From contig CAMBZJ010000004.1 in NCBI GenBank assembly GCA_945872365.1, forward strand, positions 1,196 to 65,195: a stretch of DNA of 64,000 nucleotides. The letters are read 5' to 3'. Below the pieces are notes generated by a model. The model was not told the origin of the DNA. It saw nothing but the letters and a program-made list of their open reading frames with translations, and ran no database searches. The translations under genes and the position numbers were made by a program. This DNA is from Klebsiella pneumoniae. GTDB lineage: Bacteria; Desulfobacterota; Binatia; UBA12015. Shown piece after piece: positions 31,925 through 42,051 of the stretch; the stretch's first letter is position 1, and the number at the start of each line of letters is the position of its first letter.

Positions 31925-33565
31925 ATGTCGCGCATCGCCTGCCTGGTCGTACCCCGCTTCGCCGTGGCCGCACTCCGCCGCGCGGAGCCGGAACTGCGCG
32001 GCTGTGCGGTGGTGGTCTGCGAGTCCGCCCCCGGGGCGCGCGAGGCGGGCGAGCGCGTCCGGCCATATGCGCGCCTGCTCGAGGTGTCGCTCGAGGCGGA
32101 GCGCCGCGGCGTCGCGGCGGGGTCGAGCGTCGCCCAGGCCCTCGGCGCGTCGAGCGACCTGATCGTGCGGCCCCTCGATGCGACGACGCTCGCCGCCGCG
32201 CGCGCAGCACTGCTCGAGGTCGGAGCGAGCATCTCGCCACGTGTCGAGATCGAGGGTGGCGTGCCCGCCCCCGAGGCGGAAGCCACGCCGGAGGCGCCGG
32301 TGTGCGCGCGCGGGGTACTCCACCTCGACGTCGAGGGACTCGACCGGCTGCACGGGTCGCCCGAGGGGCTGCTCTCGGCGCTCTTGCATCGCGCGGCAGC
32401 GATCGGTCTCGAGGCCGGCGCGGCGATCGCCGACCGACGGGCGACCGCGCGCATCGCCGCGGGACTCGCCGCCCGGCGCGGGGAGGCGCTGGTCGTTCCG
32501 CCCGGCGGGGATGCGGCCTGGCTCGCACCGCGCTCGATCGCCGCCCTGGGTGCGGTGGCCGACGGGTTCGCCCCGGTCGCCGCGCGCGGCCGGCGCCGCG
32601 CCGCCTCCGGTGGCGCGGGCTGGGCGGGGCTGCGCATCGAGTTCGAGCGGCTCGGGGTCGCGCGCATGGGCGATCTCGCGGCGCTCGGTGCAGCCCGGAT
32701 CGCGACCCGCTTCGGCGCGGAGGGTACGCGCCTGTGGCGCATCGCGGCGGGTTGCGACGACTCTCCGCTGGTGCCGGTTGCGCCACCGACCGAGATCGTC
32801 GAGGGAACCTCGCTCGAGTACGGCGAGACCTCGCTCGAAGCGCTCATGTTCGTCGTGCGCGGGCTCGTCGACCGGCTCGCGAATCGGCTGCAGGTGCAGG
32901 GTCTCGCCTGTCGCGGCCTCGTCCTCTCGCTGCGGCTCGAGGACGGCTCGCGCCTCGACCGCGACGTCGGCGTGCTGGCACCGACGCGCGACGTGAAGAG
33001 TCTCGTGCTCCTGGTGCGCGCGACGCTCGAGAGCGCACCGCCGCAGGCCGCGATCGAGGCGGTGCGGCTCGTCGCGGTGCCCGATCGCGCGCGCCCCGAC
33101 CAACTCGATCTCTTTCGCCCCGCCGGTCCCGTGCCGGCGCGGCTCGCGACCACGCTGGCGCGTCTCGCCGCACTCTGCGGGCCCGAGCGGGTGGGCCGCC
33201 CGATGCCTTCGCCGGGCCACCGCCCCGAGGCTTACGCGCTCGCTGCCTTCGCCGGGCCGCGCCGTCCCGGAACCGCCCCGGCGGAAGCCGTCGCCGATTT
33301 CGCCGCCCCGCCGGTCGCTCTGCGGGCGATCCGGCCGCCGCAGCAGGCCGAGGTCTTCGTCGAGGGCGGGCGCATCGCCTACGTGCGGACAACCGGCTTC
33401 GGCGGACGCGCGGTCGCGGCCGCGGGTCCGTGGCGCGTCGATGCCGAGTGGTGGAGCGAGAGTCGCTGCCGGCGCGACTACTGGGAGATCCAGCTCTCCG
33501 ACGGCGGTGTCTACCGCCTGTTCCGCGAGTCGGGGAACTGGTGGGTCGACGGCTGCTACGACTGA
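31925..33565 (+). CDS. imuB: ImuB-like Y-family DNA polymerase homologue
   Basis: N-terminus MSRIACLVVPRFAVAALRRAEPELRGCAVVV is typical of ImuB/UmuC-like proteins. Length ~546 aa. Follows imuA. Confidence 0.75.
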   Translation: MSRIACLVVPRFAVAALRRAEPELRGCAVVVCESAPGAREAGERVRPYARLLEVSLEAERRGVAAGSSVAQALGASSDLIVRPLDATTLAAARAALLEVGASISPRVEIEGGVPAPEAEATPEAPVCARGVLHLDVEGLDRLHGSPEGLLSALLHRAAAIGLEAGAAIADRRATARIAAGLAARRGEALVVPPGGDAAWLAPRSIAALGAVADGFAPVAARGRRRAASGGAGWAGLRIEFERLGVARMGDLAALGAARIATRFGAEGTRLWRIAAGCDDSPLVPVAPPTEIVEGTSLEYGETSLEALMFVVRGLVDRLANRLQVQGLACRGLVLSLRLEDGSRLDRDVGVLAPTRDVKSLVLLVRATLESAPPQAAIEAVRLVAVPDRARPDQLDLFRPAGPVPARLATTLARLAALCGPERVGRPMPSPGHRPEAYALAAFAGPRRPGTAPAEAVADFAAPPVALRAIRPPQQAEVFVEGGRIAYVRTTGFGGRAVAAAGPWRVDAEWWSESRCRRDYWEIQLSDGGVYRLFRESGNWWVDGCYD

Positions 33566-33651
33566 TCTGCTCAGCCCCGGCCGCGTGCGCGGCGGACCGA
33601 GGCGCGGGCCGTTCGCTTGACCGTCCGGGGAGCGCGTGCGCAACAGGCGAC

Positions 33652-34422
33652 ATGGCCACGGATCGCTCCCGTGAACTCGCGGTCGCGCGCGAAGCCGTCG
33701 ACCTCGCCGGGCGCTTCGCGCTCGGACACTTCGGGCGCCCGATCGAGGTCGAGCGCAAGGCCGACGCGAGCCCGGTGACGATCGCCGACCGCGGCGCGGA
33801 GGAAATTCTGCGCCGCCATCTGGCCGCGGCCTTTCCCGACGACGGTCTGCTCGGCGAGGAGCACGGCGAGAGCCCGGGGCGGAGCGGCCGGCGTTGGATC
33901 CTCGACCCGATCGACGGCACGCAGTCCTTCGTGCGCGGCGTGCCGCTGTGGGGGGTGCTGGTCGGGCTCGAAGAGGACGATTGCTGCGTCGTCGGCGTGA
34001 TCGGACTTCCGGCGCTCGGGCGCACGCTCTGGGCCGCGCGCGGCGCCGGTGCCTTCTGCAACGGCGAGCCGATCGCCGTCTCGAAGGCGACCTCGCTCGG
34101 CGATGCGACCCTCCTCACGAGCGACGCCCGGCCGCAGCACTACGGCGCGCGCTATGCCGGCTTCGAACGCCTGTTGCGCGGCGTCGGCCGCCAGCGCGGC
34201 TGGGGCGACTGCTACGGCTACGCACTCGTCGCGACCGGGCAGGCGGAGGTCATGGTCGACCCGCAGTTGAACCCCTGGGATTGCGCCGCGGTCGTGCCGA
34301 TCGTCGAGGAGGCCGGCGGCAGTTTCTTCGCCTGGGACGGCCGCCCTACGATCTACGGCGACTCGGGCGTCGCGGTACCGCGCGCGTTGCGCGAGCCGGT
34401 CCTGGCCCTGCTCGGCGATTGA
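33652..34422 (+). CDS. Inositol monophosphatase family protein (SuhB/HisN-like)
   Basis: DASPVTIADRGAEEIL...LLGEEHG...WILDPIDGTQSFVRGVPLWGVLVGLEED...WDCAAVVPIVEEAGG is the IMPase signature. Confidence 0.8.
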   Translation: MATDRSRELAVAREAVDLAGRFALGHFGRPIEVERKADASPVTIADRGAEEILRRHLAAAFPDDGLLGEEHGESPGRSGRRWILDPIDGTQSFVRGVPLWGVLVGLEEDDCCVVGVIGLPALGRTLWAARGAGAFCNGEPIAVSKATSLGDATLLTSDARPQHYGARYAGFERLLRGVGRQRGWGDCYGYALVATGQAEVMVDPQLNPWDCAAVVPIVEEAGGSFFAWDGRPTIYGDSGVAVPRALREPVLALLGD

Positions 34423-34446
34423 ACGCGGGGCCGCCGTCTGGTCGCT

Positions 34447-35913
34447 TCAGCCGCGTGCGATCGGGGCGAGGAGTTCGAGCGCACGCGCGCGTCCGGCAGC
34501 GTAATCGACGATGGGTGCCGGGTAGCCGCAGGCCGCGCGGCGCAGCGGCTCGGCGTCGGGTGCGTGCACGAGCGGGGCGGGCAGGTCGCGCAATTCCGGC
34601 ACCCACTTGCGGATGAACGCGCCGTCGGGGTCGAACTTGAGCGACTGGGAGAGCGGGTTGAAGATCCGGAAGTAGGGCGCGGCATCGGTTCCGGTCGAGG
34701 ACGACCACTGCCAGCCGCCGTTGTTCGAGGCGACGTCGCCGTCGACCAGGCGCTGCATGAAGACGCGCTCGCCGATGCGCCAGTCGACGAGCATGGTCTT
34801 GGTGAGGAACATCGCCGTCACCATGCGCAGCCGGTTGTGCATCCAGCCGGTCTGCGCGAGTTGGCGCATCGCCGCGTCGACGATCGGGTAACCGGTGCGT
34901 CCCTCGTGCCACGCCTCGATCAGGGCGGGGTCGGCCGCGGGCCAGAGGAAGCCGACGAAGCGCTCCTGGAAGGGCCGGTGCACGACGTGCGGGAAGTGGA
35001 AGAGGACCGCCTGGTAGAACTCGCGCCAGATGATCTCGTTCAGGAAGCTCCCGGCCTCGCGCAGCCGCAAGCTCTCGTCCTCGGTGAGCGCGCGCCCCGG
35101 CTTCGCGGGTTCGAGCCGGGCGAGGTCGTGCCCGATCGCCTCGGCGACCCGCCAGTAGATCGTCCGCGGCGAGATCGTCCCGAACTTCAGGTGCGGAGAG
35201 AGGTGGGAGGTCGAGTCGAGGTCGGGAAAATCGCGCTCCGCCTTGTAGCGCAGCAGTTTCCCGGCGACGAAGGCTTCGAGCCGGGCCAGCGCCGGTTTCT
35301 CGCCGGCGGGTTCGATCTCGGCCTCGGTCGCGAGGCCCATGTCGGCGATCGAAGCGGGCAGGCCGACGTCACGGGCTCGTGCGACGAGCGCCGGTTCGAG
35401 CGTCGCAAGCTTCGGGCGACGGCCCGGTTCGCGCTTCTCGAAGGTCCTCCAGCGCCGCGCGAACGGCGTGAACACGGTGTAGGGCGAGCCGTCTTCCTTC
35501 ACGCAGAGCTGCGGGGCCACCAGCAACTGGTCCTCGAACTCCCGCCAGGCGACGCCCTCCTTTTCGAGCGCCGCGCGGACGCGGGCGTCGCGCGCGCGGG
35601 CGTACGGACTGTAGTCGACGTTGACGTGGAGCGCCGTCGCGCCGAGGTCGCGGGCCAGCGCAGCGAGTTCCTTCTCCGGTGCACCGTGTCGCACGACGAG
35701 GCGCGAACCCGCCTTTTCGAGGTCGCGCGCGAGCGAGCGCAGCGAATCGAGCAGGAAGACGACGCGCGGCGCGCCGATATCGTTCGAGTCCAGGATGCGG
35801 GGGTCGAGGACAAACACCGGCACCACCAGGTCGCAGTCGCGCTGAGCCGCGGCGAGTGCCGTGTTGTCCGAGAGACGCAGGTCGCGGCGGAACCAGTGCA
35901 GGGCGATGCTCAT
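34447..35913 (-). CDS. phr: Deoxyribodipyrimidine photolyase / cryptochrome family
   Basis: [20 protein letters not shown]...[16 protein letters not shown]...[48 protein letters not shown]. Confidence 0.85.
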   Translation of the reverse strand: MSIALHWFRRDLRLSDNTALAAAQRDCDLVVPVFVLDPRILDSNDIGAPRVVFLLDSLRSLARDLEKAGSRLVVRHGAPEKELAALARDLGATALHVNVDYSPYARARDARVRAALEKEGVAWREFEDQLLVAPQLCVKEDGSPYTVFTPFARRWRTFEKREPGRRPKLATLEPALVARARDVGLPASIADMGLATEAEIEPAGEKPALARLEAFVAGKLLRYKAERDFPDLDSTSHLSPHLKFGTISPRTIYWRVAEAIGHDLARLEPAKPGRALTEDESLRLREAGSFLNEIIWREFYQAVLFHFPHVVHRPFQERFVGFLWPAADPALIEAWHEGRTGYPIVDAAMRQLAQTGWMHNRLRMVTAMFLTKTMLVDWRIGERVFMQRLVDGDVASNNGGWQWSSSTGTDAAPYFRIFNPLSQSLKFDPDGAFIRKWVPELRDLPAPLVHAPDAEPLRRAACGYPAPIVDYAAGRARALELLAPIARG

Positions 35914-36034
35914 GGTGACTTCCTCGACAATATCCGAAACCCGGACGGGGCCAAGACCCGACCGGTCCGGCGGCGAGCGCCCGGGTCGGTTCGGGCGATG
36001 GGATTTGCCGGGGCCATCCGCTATAGCCGCCGGG

Positions 36035-36919
36035 ATGATGGACATCGGAAAACTCGGCGTTTGGTACTTCCTCGAAACGATGCCGTCGAACGACGCGGCG
36101 CGCTTCCTCCAGGGTCTGGAAAAGCAGGGCTACCCTGCCTTCTGGCTGCCCGAGGCGGTGGGTCGCGAGGCCTTCGCGCAGAGCGCCTGGTTGCTCGCAC
36201 GCACCGAGCAGATCGTCGTTGCGACCGGCATCGCCAACATCTGGGCGCGCGACCCGATGACCATGGCGGCGGGACAGAAGACGCTCGCCGAGGCCTCGGG
36301 TGGCCGTTTCCTGCTCGGCATCGGCGTGAGCCATGCGCCGCTCGTCGAGGGGCTGCGCGGCCACGCGTACCGCAAGCCGCTCTCGACCATGCGCGACTAT
36401 CTCGACAAGATGCAGCTCGCGCCGTTCATGGCCGTGGGCCCGACCGAGGCGCCGCCGACGATCATCGGCGCGATTCGCCCGAAGATGATCGAACTCGCGG
36501 GCGAGCGCACGCTCGGTACCCACACCTATTTCGTGCCGCCCGAGCACACCGCGCGCACCCGCGCGGCGCTCGGTCCCGACAAGTGGATCTGCGTCGCGCA
36601 GGCGGTCATTCTCGAATCGGATGCCGACCGGGCGCGCGCGGTGGCGCGCAACTACATGCGCACCTACGTCCCCGCGCTTCCGAACTACACCGAGAATCTG
36701 CGCTCGCTCGGCTGGACCGACGCCGACTTTGCCGACGGCTGCTCGGACCGACTGGTGGACGCGATCGTCGCCTGGGGCGACGAGAAGGCGATCGTCGCGC
36801 GCATCAAGGCCCACCTCGACGCCGGGGCGAGCCACGTCTGCTTTCTACCGCTGCGTCCCGACGGCATGCCGTTGCCCGACGAGCGGGTGCTCGAGGCGCT
36901 TGCCGGGGTGCGATTCTAG
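36035..36919 (+). CDS. Luciferase-like monooxygenase (LLM) family oxidoreductase, possibly F420-dependent type
   Basis: [47 protein letters not shown]...[16 protein letters not shown] has LLM hallmarks. Confidence 0.8.
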   Translation: MMDIGKLGVWYFLETMPSNDAARFLQGLEKQGYPAFWLPEAVGREAFAQSAWLLARTEQIVVATGIANIWARDPMTMAAGQKTLAEASGGRFLLGIGVSHAPLVEGLRGHAYRKPLSTMRDYLDKMQLAPFMAVGPTEAPPTIIGAIRPKMIELAGERTLGTHTYFVPPEHTARTRAALGPDKWICVAQAVILESDADRARAVARNYMRTYVPALPNYTENLRSLGWTDADFADGCSDRLVDAIVAWGDEKAIVARIKAHLDAGASHVCFLPLRPDGMPLPDERVLEALAGVRF

Positions 36920-36925
36920 GCCAAA

Positions 36926-36948
36926 GGGCCGGGCCGGGCCGGGCCGGG
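36926..36948. repeat. (GGGCC)4 pentanucleotide microsatellite in the convergent intergenic spacer
   Basis: gggccgggccgggccgggccggg read directly between the LLM stop (36919) and the SDR stop (37011). Confidence 0.5.
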
Positions 36949-37010
36949 TGGCCCCGCGCGACGGGGCAATGGCCGGCCGCCACGCGGCGGGCTCGCGCCG
37001 GTCGCGCGCC

Positions 37011-37766
37011 TCAGGTGAGGTGCGCGCCGCCGTCCACGAAGTAGGTCTGGCCGGTGACGAAGTGCCCGTCGTCGGAAGCGAGAAACAGCGCGACCGGCGC
37101 CAGATCGGCCTCGGGGTCGGCGAGTCGCCCGAGCGGCCTCTCCTCGACGATTCGGCGGGCGGCCTCCGGATTGCGCTCGAGAAACTCCTGTCCGCGCTTC
37201 GAGGTCGCTCCCGGCGCGATGCAGTTGACGAGGATTCCGTGGCGGCCCCACTCCCGCGCCGCGGTGCGCGACAGGGCCTGGATCGCAGCCTTGGTCGCGT
37301 TGTAATCGGCGAGCCCCGGCGCGCCGACCAGTGCGTTCAGGGAGACCATGTTGATGATCCGCCCGCCGCCCTGCGCCTTCATGGCGGGGAAGGCCGCCTG
37401 CATCGCCCAGAACGTGCCCTTTAGACCCGAGACGAGAAAGACGTCGAACTCCTCGTCGGTCAGGTCCTCGAGCGGGCGGTGTTCGTGCATGCCCTGGGCG
37501 TTGTTCACCAGGACGTCGAGGCGTCCGAATTCGCGCAGCGTCCGCTCGACCATTGCCGTCACGTCCCGGCGGTCGGAAACGTCGGTGGCGAGTGCCAGCG
37601 CGCGACCCCCCGCGGCGCGGATCTCGGCTGCCGTGCGCTCGGCGCGGTGCTCCTTGCGCTCGGCGACGACCACGGTTGCGCCCTCGCGCGCGTACACGAC
37701 GGCGATGCCGCGTCCGATCCCCTGGCCCGCGCCCGTCACGATCGCCACCTTGCCCGCGAGTCTCAT
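37011..37766 (-). CDS. SDR family NAD(P)-dependent oxidoreductase
   Basis: LAGKVAIVTGAGQGIGRGIA...NNAQ...YNATKAAIQALSRTAAREWGRHGILVNCIAPG shows TGxxxGxG plus YxxxK. Confidence 0.85.
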   Translation of the reverse strand: MRLAGKVAIVTGAGQGIGRGIAVVYAREGATVVVAERKEHRAERTAAEIRAAGGRALALATDVSDRRDVTAMVERTLREFGRLDVLVNNAQGMHEHRPLEDLTDEEFDVFLVSGLKGTFWAMQAAFPAMKAQGGGRIINMVSLNALVGAPGLADYNATKAAIQALSRTAAREWGRHGILVNCIAPGATSKRGQEFLERNPEAARRIVEERPLGRLADPEADLAPVALFLASDDGHFVTGQTYFVDGGAHLT

Positions 37767-37866
37767 GGCGACCCTCTACGGCATCGGGCAACGGCGGAAA
37801 AGGTGTCGCGAGGCGACCTCGGCAGGCGGCTTGGCGTGAGCCGGGCGGGGCAGGTATGCGTGCGCC

Positions 37867-38310
37867 ATGTCGCGCCGCCGCGGAACCGGGCCGGGCGACC
37901 TGGTCCTGATCCACTTCCAGGGACGCCCCGCCAGCTTCGCCCGGGTCGAGGAGATCCGCTCGCAGGGGCGCCCGGGCTGGTTCCTCTGCGATCTCCTGGT
38001 GCTCACGATCCCGCCCCAGCCGGCGACCTGGATCCTCGATCGGGAGCAGATCGACGGCGCCGACTTCACGATGGGCGAACAACCGGTGCGCCTGGAGAGG
38101 GTCGCGGAGATCGGCGTGCTCCACGCAGAGCAGCGCGCGGCCGAGCCGAGAAGCGAACCGCCCACACCCAAGCCACCCGCAAAGGGGGCGGGGGCGGGCG
38201 ACGCTGCGACGCCCGCAGCCGTGGAGGGCCGCGCCGAGAACGAGCAGGCCGCGAAGACGGCCGCTCGGCGCGACGAGAAGGTCGTGCACCTTTTTCCGAA
38301 GAAGCGATAA
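37867..38310 (+). CDS. Hypothetical protein (147 aa) with disordered Pro/Lys/Ala-rich C-terminal tail
   Basis: Only ORF filling this gap. N-terminal 90 aa (DLVLIHFQGRPASFARVEEIRSQGRPGWFLCDLLVLTIPPQPATWILDREQIDGADFTMGEQPVRLERV) is not compositionally biased. No family recognised. Confidence 0.45.
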   Translation: MSRRRGTGPGDLVLIHFQGRPASFARVEEIRSQGRPGWFLCDLLVLTIPPQPATWILDREQIDGADFTMGEQPVRLERVAEIGVLHAEQRAAEPRSEPPTPKPPAKGAGAGDAATPAAVEGRAENEQAAKTAARRDEKVVHLFPKKR

Positions 38311-38353
38311 AGGGCCGCCGCGGGCGAAGGCTTTCGGCTGCGGCCGTCGAGGC

Positions 38354-40042
38354 TCAGTCGGTGACCGCGCCGACCGAGGCGCTGCGCACGCTGCGTGCGT
38401 ACTTCGCGAGCACGCCGCGCGTGTAGCGCGCCACCGGGGGCTTCCAGGCGGCGCGCCGCCGGGCGATCTCGGCCTCGTCCACCTCGAGTTGCAGGAGGTT
38501 GCGGTCGGCGTCGATCGTGATGTGGTCGCCGTCGTGGACCAGCGCGATCGGGCCTCCTTCCTGGGCCTCCGGCGCGACATGCCCGACCACCATGCCGTAG
38601 GTGCCGCCGGAGAAACGTCCGTCGGTGACCATACCGACCTTGTCGCCGAGCCCCTGGCCGATGATCGCGGAGGTCGGCGCGAGCATCTCCCGCATGCCGG
38701 GGCCGCCCCGGGGGCCCTCGTAGCGGATGACGACCACGTCGCCTTCCACCACGCGCCCGGCGAGAATCGCCTCGAGGCAGGATTCCTCGGACTCGAACAC
38801 GCGCGCGGGGCCGGTGATCCGCGGCAGCTTCAACCCGGAGATCTTGGCGACCGAGCCCTCCGGGGCGAGGTTGCCGCGCAGGATCGCGAGGTGGCCCTGG
38901 GCATAGACCGGGCGATCCATCGGGCGTACGACATCCTGGTTCGCCGCGGGCGCGTCGGGCACGTCGGCGAGGTTCTCGGCGATGGTCTTGCCGGTAACCG
39001 TGAGACACGAGCCGTCGAGCAGGCCGGCGCGGAGCAGCATCTTCATGACCAGCGGAACGCCGCCCACGCGACGCAGGTCGGTCGCGACCCAGCGTCCGCT
39101 CGGCTTGAGGTCGGCGACGACCGGTACCTTGCGCCGGATCCGCTCGAAGTCGTCGATCGTGAGCGGAACCTCGGCCGCGTGGGCGATCGCGAGGAGGTGA
39201 AGGACCGCGTTGGTCGACCCCCCGAGCGCCATCACGACGGCGATCGCGTTCTCGAAAGCCGCGCGCGTCATGATCTGGCGCGGCAGGAGCTGGCGATCGA
39301 TCAGGTCGACGAGGGCGCGGCCCGCCTCCTCGGTCGTGTCCGCCTTTTCGGCGTCCTCGGCGGCCATCGTCGAGGTCATTGGCATGCTCATGCCCATCGC
39401 CTCGATGGCCGAGGACATCGTGTTCGCGGTGTACATGCCGCCGCAGGAGCCGATGCCCGGGCAGGCGTTGCGCTCGATGCCGAGCAGGTCGTCGTGCGAC
39501 ATGGCACCTGCGCTGCAGGCGCCCACCGCCTCGAACACGCTCACGATGGTCAGGTCGTCGCTCTTCCAGCGGCCCGCCTTGATCGTGCCGCCGTAGACGA
39601 AGATCGCGGGGACGTCGAGGCGCGCGATGGCGATCATTGCCCCCGGCATGTTCTTGTCGCAGCCGCCGATCGCGAGCACGGCGTCGAGGCTCTGTCCGCG
39701 GACCACGGTCTCGATCGAGTCCGCGATGACCTCGCGGGAGACCAGCGAGCACTTCATGCCCTCGGTGCCCATCGAGATGCCGTCGCTGATCGTGATCGTC
39801 CCGAAGACCTGCGGCATGCCGCCGGCCGCACGGACGCCGCGCGCCGCCCGCTCTGCGAGCTCGCCGATCCCGGCGTTGCACGGCGTGATCGTGCTGTGGC
39901 TGTTCGAGATGCCGATGATCGGCTTGGCGAAGTCGGCGTCGGTGAAACCGACGGCACGCAGCATCGCCCGATTGGGCGAGCGGCTGTCGCCAGCGGTAAC
40001 CACCCGACTCCTGAGGTTCCGATCGTTCCCGGGCTGAGCCAT
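38354..40042 (-). CDS. ilvD: Dihydroxy-acid dehydratase
   Basis: [20 protein letters not shown]...[15 protein letters not shown]...[17 protein letters not shown]...[14 protein letters not shown]. Confidence 0.9.
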   Translation of the reverse strand: MAQPGNDRNLRSRVVTAGDSRSPNRAMLRAVGFTDADFAKPIIGISNSHSTITPCNAGIGELAERAARGVRAAGGMPQVFGTITISDGISMGTEGMKCSLVSREVIADSIETVVRGQSLDAVLAIGGCDKNMPGAMIAIARLDVPAIFVYGGTIKAGRWKSDDLTIVSVFEAVGACSAGAMSHDDLLGIERNACPGIGSCGGMYTANTMSSAIEAMGMSMPMTSTMAAEDAEKADTTEEAGRALVDLIDRQLLPRQIMTRAAFENAIAVVMALGGSTNAVLHLLAIAHAAEVPLTIDDFERIRRKVPVVADLKPSGRWVATDLRRVGGVPLVMKMLLRAGLLDGSCLTVTGKTIAENLADVPDAPAANQDVVRPMDRPVYAQGHLAILRGNLAPEGSVAKISGLKLPRITGPARVFESEESCLEAILAGRVVEGDVVVIRYEGPRGGPGMREMLAPTSAIIGQGLGDKVGMVTDGRFSGGTYGMVVGHVAPEAQEGGPIALVHDGDHITIDADRNLLQLEVDEAEIARRRAAWKPPVARYTRGVLAKYARSVRSASVGAVTD

Positions 40043-40177
40043 CGTCGTGATCCCTTTCCATGGAGCCGGCCGCGACGGCCCGCTGGTCCGGCCAAGGTCG
40101 CCGTCCAGCGGCGCAACTGCAAGCCCGCGGGCCCTGCGAGGCACGCCGAATCTTGCAGGAATGCGCGGGAAACCGGG

Positions 40178-40212
40178 TTGACAATCGCCCGCCAGAGGCC
40201 GTAACCACGGTC
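40178..40212 (+). promoter_or_regulatory. Candidate sigma-70-type promoter (TTGACA -35, weak TAACCA -10 after 18 nt)
   Basis: TTGACAatcgcccgccagaggccgTAACCA precedes a small ORF and the sigma-54 response-regulator gene. -10 is poor. Confidence 0.2.
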
Positions 40213-40237
40213 CATGGCCGTGCGGGTCGAGTTCCAC

Positions 40238-40363
40238 ATGCCGAAGCGGCGCAAGGGTTCGGGGCCGCCGATGGGCCCGCCTCCGGCGCGACTGATGCTG
40301 CTTCTCGTCGGTACGGTCCTAGGCGCGCACCTCCTGTTCTGGCTGACGGGAATCCTCGAGTGA
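40238..40363 (+). CDS. Candidate small membrane protein (41 aa; alternative ATG at 40214)
   Basis: [41 protein letters not shown] has a basic N-terminus plus one TM helix. Lies in the 480-bp gap upstream of the NtrC-like regulator. Confidence 0.3.
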   Translation: MPKRRKGSGPPMGPPPARLMLLLVGTVLGAHLLFWLTGILE

Positions 40364-40528
40364 CCCGCTACGGCGAAGCCGGACGGGCCAGAGCCGGGGG
40401 CTCGCTCTGAGCCCCGGGTCGTGCAGCCGCACCACGAGGCCGTTGCGCTCGCGTCTGTCCGATGCGCCTGCTTGCGGAAGCCCCGGGCCGAGATGCCCGG
40501 GGGCATAGGCAGCCGCGTGGAAACCCGG

Positions 40529-41956
40529 ATGCTCGTCGTCGACGACGACCCGTCGATCGGGCGCCAGCTCGGAGAGATCTTCCGGGGCCGGGGGCCGTTG
40601 GTCGATTGCGCTCCCGACGGCGCGGGTGCGATCGCGGCCCTCGAGCGGCAGGACTACTCGCTCGCCTTCGTCGACTTCCGCATCCGCGACACGAACGGCC
40701 TTCACCTGGTGCGCGATATCCGCGAGCGTTGGCCGGAGGTCGACGTCATCATGGTGACCGAGCACGCGACGATTCAGGGCGCCGTCGAGGCGATCAAGAT
40801 CGGAGCGTCGGATTACGTCACGAAGCCCTTCCAAGCCGAGGAGATCCTGCTCGCGACGGAGAAGGTTCTCGAGAAGCGCCGCCTCGTCGACGAGATCAAC
40901 TACCTCCGTGGACAACTCGCCGAGCGGTATTCTTTCGCGAACATGGTCTCGCGCAACCCGCGCATGCACGAGATCTTCTCCCAGATCGAGGCTCTCGCCC
41001 AGAACGACGCGACCGTCCTGCTCAACGGCGAATCCGGGACCGGCAAGGAACTCTGCGCGAGGGCGATCCACTTCCAGGGGCGGCGCAAGGGTGGCAAGTT
41101 CGTCGCGATCAACTGCGCCGCCTTCCCCGACACTCTGCTCGAGAGCGAGCTCTTCGGCTACCAGCGAGGCGCCTTCACCGGCGCCGTCCACGACCGCGTG
41201 GGCAAGATCGAACTCGCGTCGGGCGGCACACTCTTCCTCGACGAGATCGAGTCGATCTCGCTGAACATGCAGTTGAAGCTTCTGCGCGTGCTCGAGCAGC
41301 ACGAGATCGAGCGACTTGGCGGGAACCGGCGGATCAGCATCAACATGCGGGTGATCGCGGCGACCAACCTGAACCTCGAGGAACTCGTGGCTCGCGGCTC
41401 GATGCGCGAGGACTTTTACTACCGGGTGAACGTCGTGCCGATCGAGCTTCCGCCGCTGCGCGACCGGATCGAGGACGTGCCGTTGCTCGTCGCCGAGTTC
41501 CTGCGCAATTCCGAGATCGCGAAGGATCGCGGGATCGACCGGGTCTCGAACCGGGCGCTGCAGCAGCTCATGGGCTACCCCTGGCCGGGCAACGTCCGGG
41601 AGCTCGGCAATGTCCTCGAACGGTCGATCCTGCGCAGCCAGGGCGGGTCGATTCGCGAGATCGACTTGCCGGTCCGCCAGAAGGGGGCGGGGGAGCCGGT
41701 GCGGGGGAGGACCCTCGACTACGAGATGCCGCTCAAGGAGTTCCTCCGCCGGGCCGAGCGGGACTACCTTGCGCACGTGCTCCGCAAGCACCGCGGCGGC
41801 ATCGGTGCGAGCGCGAAGCACGCCCTGGTCGATGCGGCGACGCTGCACCGCAAGATGAAGTCGCACGGGATGCGACGCGAGGATTTCCGCGCGAGGGCCA
41901 AGGCGGGGACCGATGACGCCGAACTCGTCCCGCCCCCGATTTCGACGCGGCACTAG
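40529..41956 (+). CDS. Sigma-54-dependent response regulator (NtrC family: REC + AAA+ + Fis HTH)
   Basis: REC domain MLVVDDDPSIGRQL...FVDFRIRDTNGL...DYVTKPF. Sigma-54 core VLLNGESGTGKELCARAIH, ESELFGY, GAFTGA, FLDEIESI, WPGNVREL. Start may instead be ATG 40493. Confidence 0.85.
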   Translation: MLVVDDDPSIGRQLGEIFRGRGPLVDCAPDGAGAIAALERQDYSLAFVDFRIRDTNGLHLVRDIRERWPEVDVIMVTEHATIQGAVEAIKIGASDYVTKPFQAEEILLATEKVLEKRRLVDEINYLRGQLAERYSFANMVSRNPRMHEIFSQIEALAQNDATVLLNGESGTGKELCARAIHFQGRRKGGKFVAINCAAFPDTLLESELFGYQRGAFTGAVHDRVGKIELASGGTLFLDEIESISLNMQLKLLRVLEQHEIERLGGNRRISINMRVIAATNLNLEELVARGSMREDFYYRVNVVPIELPPLRDRIEDVPLLVAEFLRNSEIAKDRGIDRVSNRALQQLMGYPWPGNVRELGNVLERSILRSQGGSIREIDLPVRQKGAGEPVRGRTLDYEMPLKEFLRRAERDYLAHVLRKHRGGIGASAKHALVDAATLHRKMKSHGMRREDFRARAKAGTDDAELVPPPISTRH

Positions 41957-42051
41957 GCCGGGTTTCGGGACCACGGGGGCTGGCGGGCGGCGGCTTCGGA
42001 CGGTAGGTGAAAAGCTCGGGCGTCCCTCGTGGCGTCCCGGGAGGGCTCGAC

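Noticed and set aside
30137-33565. 1142-aa plus ORF plus overlapping minus ORFs 30213..32786 and 31061..33643
   Set aside because: The plus ORF is the imuB frame extended upstream through sodC/imuA out of their frames. Real coding is sodC (30360..31133), imuA (31185..31907) and imuB (31925..33565). The minus ORFs are antisense artefacts.
41957-42051. Possible sigma-54 promoter (TGGC...TTCG) upstream of the DUF5989 operon
   Set aside because: Spacing and the -12 element do not match the TGGCAC-N5-TTGC consensus. Too weak to report as a feature.
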